From positions 23,903,319-23,967,318 of the forward strand of contig OZ037768.1 in NCBI GenBank assembly GCA_964035545.1: a DNA stretch of 64,000 nucleotides. Direction: 5' to 3'. The notes below the pieces were generated by a model. The model searched no databases, had not been told where the DNA came from, and saw only the letters and a list, made by a program, of their open reading frames with translations. The position numbers and the translations under genes are program-made. The DNA comes from Bugula neritina (Eukaryota > Animalia > Bryozoa). How positions within the stretch are numbered: the stretch's first letter is position 1; the number at the start of each line of letters is the position of its first letter. Shown here piece by piece: positions 51,601 through 64,000 of this stretch.

Positions 51601-54600
51601 TGTTAATACGTTGACCAGAATATATGGAAGGTTTAACTGAAAGTTCAAACTGAAAAAACTGAATTGTTCAAAACACATCCAATGCATAAAAATTATTTAT
51701 TGTTTAGCCCTGAACATTATTTACTACCATTCAACTTTATCTTTAAGTTACATAACACCAGCATAAATAAAGGGAGGTAGCAGTATATGTTTATGTGTTG
51801 AATAATAATATAAGTTTGTATCATAAATGTGGTGTCTGGATTGACTAATGTAACCAACTAACAGTAAATAGTGTAGACTGTGGCCTGGTGGTTACCCTGT
51901 TGAGGGAACTAATGTTTACTCATAGTTTCCTATCGTACCCTTGCTGGTTTACAGGGAGAAGACATAGCCATGGTGTCAATGGGGAGTCAACAAAAGTCTT
52001 CCCCTCCGTTAGGGGCGTCGGATAAGCCCCCCTCCCATGGTGAGGCCAGCAAGTTTACCAGCAATTCTCAGAGAAAATATTCCTCTGTGGACGGAGAAGG
52101 GAAAAGGGAAGGTGAGTTCACATTAACAGGCTGCTGTTTAGTCTGTGTGGAAGTTGCCCGCTCACTCTTTTTATGTAAGTCGTCCACTTCTGTAATTTAA
52201 CATCGTGATTGTTTTACAGCGGACAATGGATCAAAGACGAAGAAAGCACACACACCGTCTGGTAAAAAGGGGTAAGCAACGAGTTTTGCATAAAAATTAC
52301 CACTAAAAAATCAGTCAGAATAAAGGTCGTCAACTTCGAATAGAGATTCGTTTTCACTTTTGACTGACCAAACAAGTGTACAAGTTTTGGAACCAACGTT
52401 TTATGTTTTAGATTTTTAGTATTTAACCTTATGTAACCCTATCAGTTTATTGTAAAGAGAAAGTTAACACAAGCTGTGGTAACTTTTAATAAAATGGATT
52501 CTTTGCCGGATTAAAACTGAGCCATTTTTAGAAGAAAGTATTTTAGTAATCTACACCTGATGTTATCACTACATGCCGTGAGGGTTACCTGTACGTTGTA
52601 GGCCTGCTCTGGGACAGATACAGCAGAACTCTAGCTCTACATCCATCACCTCAATGTTCAAAGCCCCCAGCTGCCCCGAATGTAAGGGACCCATAGACTC
52701 CTACAGTGAGGAGACCATTGTGTTGTGTATCGTTGCCGTGGAGACGTATCTGCACCATGATCTGCAGCAGGCCGCTAGCTTGGTGTACGACATGCTGCGC
52801 AGTGTTAGCAAAGTGGCTAGTTTCCAGATATACTCCTGGCAGAATACTGTGTGAGTGGATCTTAGTTTGCAGATTGCTTTTAGACTTGGTTTAATATAAC
52901 GGCTAAATACTAACCTGAAGTTTAACAGAAAATGCTTAATGATGTTGGCTCGTTGTAAACATCATTATTTAGTTTGAACTGAAAATATGATAGTTATGGG
53001 TTTATGTAAATGTTGGCTGGCTGGTTGAGTGGTTAATCAGATTTTAATTTAAATCATTTTTAAATGATGAAATAGTGAGTGAGTCACGGTGATTAAGTAG
53101 TGAGTGAATAATAGAGATTGAGTAGTTAGTGAATTATGTTTCAATTACGGATTATTAAGTTTTTGTTGGGTAATAGTGATAAATAACATTCATTCATCAA
53201 CTATAAACTGAGTCTCAGTGATTAACTAATTAGTGGCCAACAGTCATAAATCATGTCAGTTACTATAAGTACAAACTCAAATTGAATAGTTCACAATTCA
53301 TCAATTGTAGTGTTTGAATTAAGTTAACGTAAATGAATAAATAAAATGTGTATCAAACTGCCATGACACCCTTCTCTGTAGAGTTCTAATAACCTTTCAT
53401 AAGGTTATGAATTGATAAGTTGCTGGTCTTACTTGCAGAAGGCCTGTGTTCATACCAGGCAACGTGAGAAGCTCTGCCCTGCAGTTCCTCAGATGTTCGC
53501 TGCATCACCTCAACCCCTACAACATCATGTCTGCTCTGCTCTTGTCTGCTGAAGACTCGGAAATGTTCAGCACCATAGTCACGGCGCTCACTGACTTCCC
53601 CGAGCTCAACAGTCTACAGGCTCTTCTCACGGCTCTAGAGGTCAATCAGTGATTCAGAAAGTCTCAAAGTGTTATTTGTATAAAATAAGTAAAATTTGTT
53701 GTTTTTTATATTTTTGCTCCTAGATTCAGTACCTTTGTGTTAATTCGGTGCGGACATTATAAAGTTTAATTTGACCTCTTTGATGGTGACCCATATAGTA
53801 CTAGTGTGACTCTGATGTGGAAGTCAATTGTAAGTGTAAAATATTTCTGAGTCAATCAATCATTCAATCAGTAACTGAAAACTGGCAGATTAACAGTCAA
53901 TTATAACTCTTATTGAATTTTTTTACTAAAGTTATTTTAGTCAATATCTTTTAATAGTTATTATCAAAAATGCACTCTTCCTTGTTCTTACTGGACTGAG
54001 TTGTCTTCTCTTTCAGGGTATCAATGAGAAAACTCAGATAAAGAAGGTGCTGCAGCTTATAGAGAATCTCGATGTGTACCTGTCATCACTGAATGCTGAC
54101 TTGGCAAACTCACAGGTTGGACTTGACTTCCACTTCCTTTTAAGTAGCATAATTTACATCTAATGAGTTGAATGTCTTTGTTATATTCCCACTATTTCCT
54201 GTGTCACAACTCTGCTAAATCTTATTGGAATCGTCTGCTAAATCTTATTGGAGTCGTCTGCTGTAGCTGGTTTAGCAGTCATGTGTAGAGTTTAAATGGA
54301 GTCGCTATACTTTCTGCCATACAAGTGTGAAGCTCATGTTTCTTTGCTGTAGAAGGTACCAGAATATTTTGTATATCAGGGAGTTTTATTACTGACTGCC
54401 ATAATGTGGTCTTCTCTTTTAGGAATGGCCGAAGATTGTAGACCAACTTGAGATTCTTTTCAGGAAGTTGACTGCCTTCCTGCCGGAGAAGATGACAAAT
54501 CTGACGAGTGTTTTGGATTTGATGATGAGTATCTTCAAACTGCCTCTAGTCACCACCCACAAGGTCTGTCTGTCTGTCTGTATGCATGTCTGTTTGTCTG

Positions 54601-57600
54601 TCTGTCTGTCTGTCATTCCACCCGTCTGCTCAGGTAACCGCGTCTGCTGTTCTATATTCTCATATTCTGACTTGCAGGGTGACCGGCTAGTTGAGATGTT
54701 TGGAAAGTTCATCTCTGTGGCGTTGCAGTCACACACCTTCGATATGATACCACTGGCCAAGCTGTGTCAAACTTGTCACCATACCTTCACGAAAGACAGA
54801 GACAGGACTATCTTAGCTCGAGTTCTAGTCAATGAGCTGGTCCTTGTGCTCAAGTACAAGTCTACACTGCCTGAGGCTAACGTCCTCACCATCCTAGAGG
54901 TGACCTCCTAGTTCAAGGCCATTTTCTTGTCTTTCAACTTTCCTTTGCTACGTTAGCCTAAAATTGAGAGTAGTTTCTATTATAACATGGCTCATTTTAA
55001 CTATTTGTGCATATATTATTTTATATATTATATTGTTTATTATTAGCTGTAGTAATACATTTAATATTTTTATCACAAGTTTTTAAGTATCTTATATTAT
55101 ATTTCAAGTGTTATTCATGTCTCAGTTTTACCAAGAAGTAAGCAGGCAAGCATCTGGTTTGGTATTAGGTTCTGCGATTCTTGTAGATTAGCAGACGTGT
55201 TTATGTCATGTAGACTACTATTAGTGTGGAATAAGCAGACGTGTTTATGTATGCTTATCCTGTAGATTGTATGCCTGGACTGCAGCAGCACACTCTTACC
55301 AACTTACATTACTAACGAAATCCCCAACCAACTCACCTCCGACATGATAATCGAGTCCGGTATTCTGGAGGTGATGAGACTTTACTTGAGTGACGCAGTT
55401 GAGTTTATATGTGATCTTCACACCCTCCAGAAGCTCAAGGTGACGGCTCAAACTCCTTTTAGTTTCATGAACATATTTTAATCAGTTTAGATGATTGACT
55501 AAAACTTTTAATTTAATATTTTAATATACTGATTGACAAAAACTTGGCTCGTCAATAGTGTCTGTTTTAGCATCTGTCTTTTAGTTGTATTTATTAAATG
55601 GAGTAATTGAATGTATTAGTCAATGCAATAATGCTTTAGTGAAATTGATAACGCTTTATTCAATGTGATGATACATTAGTCAATGTGATGATACATTAGT
55701 CAATGTGATAATGCTTTAGTCAGTGGGATAATGCTTTAGTCAATGTGATAATGCATTAGTTAATGTGATGACACATCAATACATGATCACAATGATTTAA
55801 CATCCATACCCACAGGTACACATGAAGTGTACGTGTCTACATGAAGACACATTCGGAGGACTTCTCAAGACTGGCATTGCGCAAATCATAGCCTTAGAGA
55901 TGTCCAACATGATTCAGAGTGACCCTAAGGCTGCCCAGAGGATCATCCCGTGGCTCTATACACAGCAGAACTTTCCTCAGAGAGGGTAGGCTTTAGTCTG
56001 TTATCTTATGAGAAGTGATATGAGTCATACTATTAGTCTTAATACTATCATACGACTCATAGTATGATATTAGTCATACTATGAGTCGTACTGTTAGTCA
56101 TACTATTAGTCATGCTATTAGTCATGGGTTACAGTATGAGTAATGTACAGCTAGGTTTGATGGTTTAATAACTTTATCTTTCTACTCTGAAGATACCGTC
56201 AAATAAAAATTAAAAAGTTTTTAGTATAACTCCTTGAAAGAGGTGACTTGTGCTCTACAATATAATATTGTAAGTCATATGAAAGTAACAAACTACCTCA
56301 TAATGAACACGCATCACTTTCTAACCTCCAGTCCCAAAGAGTTCCTCGAGTCTATTGACCACGTGCGCTTCCTGTGCTGGTTATACATCGGAGCTCTGAC
56401 TCATCACGCTGTCGCTGAGAACGTCTTCAAGACTAAATGTCAGCCGCTGCCTCTGGAGGACGTCAGCAACATCTCCATAATGGCCACGTCCATCATGACG
56501 GGGTTCGTCGAGTACTCCACTTCCTCTGTGGCGTTCATGTCCAGTCTGTTCTACGGCTTCATCCTCTGTCAGGTGAGATAGTGTCAGGTGAGATAGTGTC
56601 AGGTGAGATGGTGTCAGGTGAGATAGTGTCAGGTGAGATAGTGTCAGGTGAGGTGGTGTCAGGTGAGATGGTGTCAGGTGAGATGGTGTCAGGTGAAATG
56701 GTGTCAGGTGATGTGCTGCCAACAAAAACTTGTTCATATATTCTCTCAGCCTATAGAAAGGCATAGGCTAATATATTACTCTGTGTAAAATATTATCAGT
56801 GTACATAATCTCCTGCATTTCTGTATTGCCTGTGGAGGCATTACTTTAGACATGTTTGTTGAACATCTTTTTCTTGCTTTGATTTTCTCTTTGACTTAGA
56901 AATGTTGAAAGTTCTTTGGTTTGAATTCACTAGTCACGGAGATGGTGTGATAGAGCAGCACACTGCAGTACTTGTCCCTCTTTAAACTAACTAGTTTTTT
57001 AGCCTTAGCTCTGAACAATGCGAACTGTAGGTGTGGACCGTATACTGTGAGACCCTCACATTTGACTACGTTGGCTCGGGCCCTGGCAATGACATGGATA
57101 TCACTCAGATTATCTACAACTTCTGGTCGATTGTCTCCCCTACAATTCTCAACATGGTGTCTCACAGCAAAGTGGTGAGTTTCTTTGTAGCCTCAGATCT
57201 TGTGCTCAGCTTGTAGGCTGGACGCGTTTGCTAGCTTTCAATAAATATTGAAACATTTGCTGTATTTTTAGTTGAGAGAGATGATAACTCTGCATGTGCT
57301 GAGTATGATGGAAACCCTCCAGGAATGCCAGTCGTCTGTTGTGGTTAAGGTAAGCTAATGTAACGTACAGACTGGTGTAGCATCTCCACTTTTGTCTTTT
57401 AGTGGAACCATCAACCTTGTCTTCTCATTTCTCATATTGATCCTTGGTTATGGGGTTTCCAAGACTACAGTATGGCATTTTCTGTCTTCCTCTTTCAGGC
57501 TAAATATTGTTTTTGATTTTGTAGTTATCCCCTCTGTGGAGACAACTCCTCTTCACTCATGACACTAAGGTTTGTTTTAAATTAATTCAGTAGTTATAAT

Positions 57601-58070
57601 ACACGTTTTTGTTTTGGAATCTTTAAAAAGTTCAAAACTTTATAATTACAGCTGCGGAAAGTTAAACCCTGAGGGTTACATTGTCTAACAAAGGATTGGA
57701 TTTCATATAATATATTATATTAGGACAGACAGTGATGTATTACACTAAAATGTATGTCCACCATCTTAATGAAATAACAGCAGCCAGGGTTGTTATACCT
57801 GCACAGACAGCAAACAAAGTATTTGAACCTTTTACCATAATACACCAATCAATGGATATCAAGCATTCACTGCTGGCTGTGTTATTTGTAATGTACTTTT
57901 AGCTGCCGATCAACATCCTTGTGAGGATACAGAGTTTAGACAACTGGCAGCCGTCTAAGAAGAAAACGGTCAACAAGGCTATTCTGCTCGATTGGATCAA
58001 GAAGACTCAGTTTCGACTCGCTCAGATTGAGATTCAGTCCTCCCGCGCCGTGAACTTTGTCACTATCTAG
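36687..58070 (+). CDS. UNC79: UNC-79 (NALCN channel complex subunit), many exons
   Basis: Exons 36687-36708 (MATKDLT) and 37284-37404 (FSSKIK...PAGTDVTNTLKYFTNTLI); later DLFTVISYGPPNTKMPAATLLFHYWP, MLFHWF, FEVWDYIMPYWIESIR, EQGLQWLQIL, WNFFFDR, CPECKGPIDSYSEETI, LHEDTFGGLLKTGIAQ and IDHVRFLCWL; C-terminal FRLAQIEIQSS with TAG at 58068-58070. All match UNC79-family motifs as I recall them. Confidence 0.93.
37400..37540 (+). repeat. 36-bp x4 array spanning a UNC79 donor
   Basis: atcaa|gttagtatacctatgtctatgttactatatc; functional GT at 37405; the array makes up nearly the whole intron. Confidence 0.9.
38225..38957 (+). repeat. 31-bp x24 array spanning a UNC79 acceptor
   Basis: taaactgtag|gtagaggtgtaccagtctata; first AG ends at 38234 and the last (functional) at 38947. 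Confidence 0.97.
40717..40868 (+). repeat. Degenerate ~17-20-bp array starting at a UNC79 donor
   Basis: aca|gtaagtact... units decay to acagtgaatact away from the exon; functional GT at 40720. Confidence 0.8.
42238..42442. repeat. 23-bp x9 minisatellite with a 17-bp palindromic core
   Basis: agtaatac(c/g)gtattact-gtgtct, starting 3 nt into the intron. Confidence 0.95.
44098..44241 (+). repeat. 18-bp x8 array spanning a UNC79 acceptor
   Basis: ttctcacttgcag|ac(g/a)ta; AG ends at 44113 plus multiples of 18 up to 44221; functional ttttag|ac at 44238. Confidence 0.95.
45727..45950 (+). repeat. 38/28-bp x7 array spanning a UNC79 donor
   Basis: taaag|gta(c/t)gttcacactg; GT at 45740, 45778, 45816, 45854, 45882, 45910 and 45938. 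Confidence 0.93.
46150..46358 (+). repeat. Pyrimidine-rich repeat with multiple TACTAAC/CTGAC motifs before the acceptor at 46366
   Basis: ctctctactaact units; TACTAAC at about 46176, 46220, 46238, 46267 and 46298. Confidence 0.85.
46432..46556 (+). repeat. 25-bp x5 array spanning a UNC79 donor
   Basis: agcattcaag|gtgggtgtggcagtg; GT at 46442 plus multiples of 25. Confidence 0.95.
47712..48160 (+). repeat. 77-80-bp x~5.7 array of a UNC79 exon 3' end plus donor
   Basis: atcaagcacctgtctattcctgtc...tatgctaactatcag|gtaagaat; GT at 47785, 47862, 47942, 48019 and 48096. Confidence 0.96.
48308..48415 (+). repeat. 25-bp x~4 array spanning a UNC79 donor
   Basis: acttacctcag|gtacgtctctta; functional GT at 48319, lost in the distal copy. 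Confidence 0.9.
48655..49300. repeat. 26-27-bp minisatellite with a 14-bp palindrome, filling a UNC79 intron (48650-49304)
   Basis: gtgttg-atagtatatactat-atagac. Confidence 0.96.
50575..51010. repeat. (TGTC)n followed by a cttactatacgtctgct(ct)n minisatellite
   Basis: About 12 copies with variable CT tract length. Confidence 0.93.
55610..55770. repeat. 20-bp intronic minisatellite
   Basis: caatgtgataatgctttagt, about 8 copies. Confidence 0.9.
56567..56711 (+). repeat. 15-bp x10 array spanning a UNC79 donor
   Basis: tgtcag|gtgagat(a/g)g; GT at 56573 plus multiples of 15. Confidence 0.96.
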
Positions 58071-59419
58071 AGGACGGTTTGTGATGTGACTCAGTAGGGC
58101 AGACAACTTCTTACAATCATTGAGAGACTAATGTGTCAGTTGATGATTAAGGAAGATAACTCCTAACTAACTGTTGAATTGTGACATGACAGACTGACTC
58201 TAGTGCCCTCAGTTTATTATTAATTGTAGTTATGAGTTTTTATGGTTTTCTTAGATTTCGGGAAAGAAAGAGTAGTCAATTGTTATTGGGAACTGATCTA
58301 AGACACATAGCAGCAGGTTTATACTAAGTATTAAAATAAGTTAAACTATTAGAAGCAGTGGGTTTCTTGACCTTTGAATATTAGGTTTGGGACGTACATG
58401 TTTGCTAAACACCAATTAGTTTTTATTGCCAGTTCTAATTTTAGGTTATCATCAATGATAAAATATATAACAGTGTATTATGTTTTGGGTTGTTATAACT
58501 TTCAGTAGTTGCGCTACTCGCTGATTAAAACTTGTGCTCTTTAATTTTTAGCTTTTATTTATTTTGTGAGTCTGAATTTCTAGTCATGTTCTAGTCGCTA
58601 TCTGCTTTCTGTGATACTCTATTCTGTGGATTTTGTGTTTATGTAACTCTATTAGATGTCTATACGATTTATTATATTATAATATTATCTGTTCTATGTT
58701 TTAGATGTTAATATATGTTATTGTTCAAATGGATTGTATTCAGAAATCTTAAAAGTTGCATCAGCCGTTGAAAGTATCGCATTTGCCATTTAACATAGAC
58801 AGATATTTTCACTGAGTTTTCTACAGTGTGCCTCTATTTCAAGTGAGGACAAAGCTTTCAGTTACAAACTTCTGCAGGATGAAATCATACAAGATTCTTT
58901 CACCTGGTCTCTATTATTCTTGGCTGTTGCTGCTGTGAAGTTGTGTCATTTAACTAGTAAGTGGGGTTAATTGTGGAGTATATATACTATATTGTGAAGT
59001 ATCGCTAGCAATATTACCATGATTTGTGATTAGAAGAATACGAGAAAGTAGAAGTTTGAGATCCCCTTTTAACCCCCTGCAGTACCACAACAGAGTGCAG
59101 GAAGCATCTTTTGTATTTCAGCTGAAGTAAATTGAAGTAAATTAAATTCTTTATATTAAATTTAAATAACAAAGTATCTCAATTAACCTTGTATTTAATA
59201 AATTCAGAAAATGCAATTGAAAGTGGAAAGATAGTTTGATTATCTGCCAATTTCATCAGTTGAGAAGTAAATATTAAGTGATGAAAACATAAATAAAATA
59301 GAGAGCTTTGATTTATTGAGCAGTTTTTGAGGTTAATATGCCACCATAGGCAGGTATATGTGTGTTGTGACCATCTCATGCATGATACAGAAAATACTGA
59401 AGGATGTCACGCTGACAGT

Positions 59420-62400
59420 CTACCACTCGTCCTCATCTGTCTCGCTGTCAGAGTTTTCCTCCTCCTTTTCCTGGCTTGTGTTCTGGGATTTGGAGTCGGG
59501 TGGCGCAGAGGATTTTCTACCTGAGGTTTGGCGCTCAGTCTTTTGCTTCTTGATCTTTGTTTTCGGTTTTCTTTTCATCTCTGTTTGACCTTGTGATTCA
59601 AGTTCAACCAGATTATCAGCCGTGGAAGATTTACCTAAAAACAAATTCAATCATGTAATTTATTATTGCTACTACTACTGCTACTACTGCTACTGCTACT
59701 ACTATTACTACTAGTACTACTACTACTACTATTACTACTATTACTACTACTACTAGTACTACTACTAGTACTACTACTACTACTACTACTACTACTAGTA
59801 CTACTACTACTACTATTACTACTACTACTAGTACTACTACTAGTACTACTACTACTACTACTGCTGCTGCTGCTACAACTACTGCTATTTCACTTACCAC
59901 ACGGAATGAATCTGGACAGTGTACCCAGGTCCAGCACTAGTATCACAACTATGAGTGTCCCTATCAGCGTGAGACCGATGGTGCCGTAGGCAGGGCCGGA
60001 TTTAGCCTCCTCAGGGGGATAGGTGTGACCATTTTTAATAATAACCGCCTCCTCTATAACAGACATTGTATAATCAAGTACTTGGGGATTTTGTTTATGG
60101 TCTTTTTAAAGGAAACACACATGTGAAGCCAGTTTTATAATACTACCGACTTCAGTCCAGTTATAGACGCACACAGAACTCCTCGCCGCGTGTTGTGTGT
60201 CTGATCAGATGCCGACTGCTTTAGTCATGCACTACGCAGGTAAACTTACCTACGCAGTCAGTAGGCACGCTCAGCCACTGGAGTGTCACGATGTCACAAG
60301 TGGCTATTCTGTACTTGTCACCGTTTATGAACACCAGGTCATCCAAGCAGGTGTAGTTTACAACAGTACCTGACTGGATGACATCCGTGTCTCTATACGC
60401 TCCTTCAACGTCTGGTGGTCTCGGACCTTCACATTTAGTTGCTGCCAGAAAATAGCAGTTATATGTTCAATAGATTTACACCTGACTTGTGTGTCTCCAA
60501 TCTCCACAAGGATTGTCGTTAAAACATAGCATACTATATATGTACATATATTATCATATAAACATACTCTATATGTACATATATTATCATATAAGCACAC
60601 TGCACCTATATTATCATATAAGCACACTGCACCTATATTATCATATAAGCACACTGTACCTATACACGCAGGGAGCTCATCGCTCCAATTCCCATTCACT
60701 TCGCAAGTTAAAATTTTTTTAGTCGACTCGTCAGGAAACTGGTAACCAGGGTTACACTCCACAACAATCTCGTCCTCGTACACACCTTGCTCTGGGGTGA
60801 CGGTGGCGTGTGGTACCGTGTATATGGGACAGGATCGACCTAGAACACAGGCTATATCTGTACACGTGTTACTGTATGTGTTACTGTAGCTACATGTGTT
60901 ACTGCATGTGTTACTGTGGCTACAGGTGTTACTGCATGTGTTACTGTAGCTACAGGTGTTACTGCATGTGTTACTGTGGCTACATGTGTTACTGTATGTG
61001 TTACTGTGGCTACAGGTGTTACTGCATGTGTTACTGTAGCTACAGGTGTTACTGTAGTTGCAGTTACTGTGTATACAGCTTCATTTTAGTTTTTTATTTA
61101 CAATTTGCTATCCAAAAATTCACAATCACTGCAATTCCAGTTGAATCACTTCGATTGTAAACTAAATCACTTTGATTGTACAAGCAAATTGAACATCAGT
61201 AAAAGTGAACACTGTAAAGCACTTACGGACACAGGAGAGCCCTGTGGGTAGCCATATGCCATCTCTGCTACACCAAAACAGTTTCTCCACTTCACCATCC
61301 TGAAAGCTGTATCCAGGCTCACATGAATAGTAATTCATATCTCCCAGTTCATCTAATCCCGGCTTGTTTTTAGGTGTCGTGTCTGGTAAGGCCGGCTGAG
61401 GGCATTTGAAGTCTGTGAGAGAAACAAGAATACTGCAAGTTAAACAACCAGTACTCTGGTTTACATTCTCACTCTTCATCTTTCTTATTGTTTCAACTCT
61501 TTATAATAAAATCTGAAAGTTACAAAACTACGACCTGATAATAAATCTTTCACCAACAGAAAGACACTCTGATCAACTTTGTTCACATGTTTACTCCTCT
61601 AAGAGTCTAAACAGAACCTACTTGTACACTTTCCCAGTTGTGTATTGTTCCAGGTTCCATCGCTGAGACACTCGATAGTCTTCTGTCTATCTCCGTCCGA
61701 AAACAGCATCCCATCGTGACAGGTGAAGGTCACTTGAGATCCGACCACGTTGTTTGTCGTGTCAAACCAGGCATTCTCCACTTCCTGTCCATCCAGGTTG
61801 AGTAGCGGACAGGTAGTTGCTAAAATATGTGCTCATGCAATGAGTCTCCTACCATCCTTTTGATAGGAGTAAAATTACTTGACTTCAAATTCATTCCCTA
61901 ACTAATGAACGTGGATTACTAAAATTCTCTATTACTTTTTATTTCTAAAACTTATTAGAAAAAGCATTATATGGGTTTAAAAACAATTTCTCCAGAAAAG
62001 AATCAAGCTTTTGATTAGCAAAAGTATATGAAAGATATTAACTTTATTTTAAAATTTTATCGAATTAGTTTGAGTTGAGACTAATGTATAATATAAATTA
62101 ATTTGATATATTATACTCACGGACACAGTTGCTAATTTTAGACCAGTAGCCGCCCTCTTCACACTGGATGGTCAGATTTTGTCCAATTCCTTTGAAAATG
62201 TAATTAGCCTCGCAGCTGTAGGTAATTTTAGTTCCAGCATTAACTGGGAACTGGGGCAGAGATATGGCTGAGCCATGAGCTATTTCAGGTGCAGGACCAC
62301 AGACTACAAAATAATGGCATATATTTGTAGCCTGTTGGCAGATATAGTCATAGCATGTGACATATCATGTGACGTGTAGCATGTGACATATCATGTGACA

Positions 62401-63690
62401 TAGCATGTGATGTATCATGTGACATGCAGCATGTGACATATCATGTGACATGTAGCACGTGACAATCATGTGACATGTAGCATGTGACATATCATGTGAC
62501 GTGTAGCATGTGACATATCATGTGACATAGCATATCATAAATCTTACTGGCACTCTTCTTGCAGATGTACGGTAGCAGCTCGTCACAGTTCCTGTCTTTC
62601 CAGAAGCCCTTCACAGACGTACGAGCACACTTATAGAACTCTGGGTATCCCTCAGCAAACTTAGTGAAGTTATTCTCTCTTCCTCCTTTCCACACCCACT
62701 CTTTCAAGTAGTTCTCGTGATAGCCAATCCAAAAGTCTGTTTCATATATGTCATATCTGTAACACACGAGTCTTATCTGTAACATACGAGTCATATTTTT
62801 AATAAAATAATATATCTTTAAACTTTGAGTTAAGCAGTAAAAAGACTGTGTGATCTCAACAAAACTTTTAAGACTTACAATCTGTTTGAGAAATTCTTTT
62901 CATTTCACAAGATAGTGTAAAAGGTCTAAATATCAGGTTAGATTGTGTGATTATCAGTCAAACAGACAAATATTTGCTTACGTCTGCGTTGCAATCCATG
63001 CAGCCTCTTTCTCAGAGGTAACCATGGCAAGGTTGGAGTATCGGTAGTTGCAGGTCTCCTCCGCGTACTCGTAACGGAGTCCCAACGCGTTACCATCAGA
63101 GAAGAAGTAGCAGGCCTCGTTGAACTTTACCCAACCTTCCTCACAGCCACTCTCTACACACATGACAGTACATAGCCTATCCGTATGTAAAAACTTACGT
63201 CTGCGCAATGAAGTTGATCTATGTGACCCACAGGACCACCGAAAACACTATTATTGAGTCAAAAGGCTAAAATTTACAGCAAAAGTCAAAAGTAGTTGAA
63301 ACTGAAACAAAAGTTGAATAACTGACTACAAACAACCCTTTTTAAGTACTAACAGAAGTTAGAGTCTAATAATGAACACTAGTAAACAATATGGCCGACT
63401 GTGAACATCTGTAAACCACATAGAGATTGGGTAGAGCTGCTACTGTTTGACCACACAGATATTGTGAGTTGATAATGTAACATTACCATGACAACCAGAG
63501 AGAGGAATCTCGTAGTCCCACTGTTGATCAGATTCACAGTTAATAGTCATCTCAGTTTCGCCTCCGGGAAAGACGAATCCCTCATTCGTACAGTTGAAGT
63601 AGAGGGCGTGCTCATAGTTGTACTTGGGCAGCACTAAAGAGACGTTTGCCTCCGCAACTGTTAGACCATCACATCCCACCGCTGCCACAA
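59420..63690 (-). CDS. Type I membrane protein with several sushi/CCP domains and a C-type lectin domain; 5' part outside the window
   Basis: CCP exons (FNC...INCESDQQW; FTCHDG...IECLSDGTW; YSCEPGY...WCSRDGIW; VECNPGYQF...TCEVNGNWS) and CTLD exons (CEEGWVKFNEACYFF...AEETC; FWIG...WKDRNCDELLPYICKK). A transmembrane segment (YGTIGLTLIGTLIVVILVL) lies near 59990-59930, followed by a Lys/Glu-rich tail ending at 59420. Confidence 0.88.
59665..59886. repeat. (TAC)n microsatellite filling the last intron of the sushi/lectin gene
   Basis: actactact with agt/att/gct interruptions. Confidence 0.96.
60525..60665 (-). repeat. 27-bp array spanning a donor of the sushi/lectin gene
   Basis: Minus strand tatag|gt(a/g)cagtgtgcttatatgataa; GT at 60659 (functional), 60632 and 60605, then degenerate copies. 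Confidence 0.9.
60860..61075. repeat. 12/18/30-bp intronic minisatellite
   Basis: tgttactgcatgtgttactgt(a/g)gctacagg. Confidence 0.93.
62345..62535. repeat. catgtgaca(t)-based intronic repeat
   Basis: agcatgtgacatatcatgtgac(a/g)tgt, about 7 copies. Confidence 0.92.
62750..62796 (-). repeat. 20-bp duplication spanning a CTLD-exon acceptor
   Basis: Minus strand atatgactcgtatgttacag ataagactcgtgtgttacag|ATATGAC; the functional exon starts at 62756. Confidence 0.85.
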
Positions 63691-63871
63691 TAAACAATAA
63701 ACTGATACCAAAGTCAGCATCAGAAAACTTTCATTTCATTGTAAGATTACATTGTTATTTGGAGTTGTGTTCTATTTGGCAAATGAGGCCATACCGTATT
63801 CATAATATTATACACTCAGTTTTACACTCCATTTCAGACATTTCCAAGCAGAACTAAAAATTAGCCAAGTA

Positions 63872-64000
63872 TGTACTTCACAACAGTTAGTAGTGACTCT
63901 GTATACTACACAACAGTTAGTAGTGACTGTATATACTACACAACAGTTAGTAGTGACTCTGTATACTACACAACAGTTAGTAGTGACTCTGTATACTACA
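63872..64000. repeat. 30-bp minisatellite continuing beyond the window end
   Basis: caacagttagtagtgactctgtatactaca, at least 4 copies. Confidence 0.93.

Noticed and set aside
59631-59989. Poly-Leu and poly-Val ORFs that look like transmembrane proteins (also 18901-19281 tail)
   Set aside because: (TAC)n/(GTA)n microsatellite inside introns.
62345-62535. Cluster of TCATGTGA (M-box/E-box-like) sites as an enhancer
   Set aside because: Explained by tandem amplification of one short unit; no independent evidence of regulatory function.

Overview
Compact, AT-rich animal (invertebrate-like) genomic DNA with spliceosomal introns; no prokaryotic features, RNA genes or CRISPR arrays seen. Six multi-exon genes are supported: a p24-gamma/TMED1-5-like cargo receptor (minus, runs off the window start), mitochondrial malate dehydrogenase MDH2 (+), WDR90/POC16 (+), a TFPT/INO80F-domain plus HMG-box protein (minus), UNC79 (+), and a sushi/C-type-lectin type I membrane protein (minus, runs off the window end). 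A ~2.06 kb foldback structure (~440 bp inverted arms around a TA-rich core) lies between the divergent TMED and MDH2 genes. The most striking pattern is that about 18 introns in 5 genes carry private tandem arrays whose unit is a copy of that intron's own splice junction, usually including exon sequence and often with an AG|GT core. This gives up to 24 near-identical splice sites in a row, and only the exon-proximal copy gives the conserved reading frame. Other introns carry arrays of branch-point-like or palindromic units. Exon boundaries were read by eye from GT-AG signals and reading frame; gene identities rest on recalled protein motifs, not on database searches.
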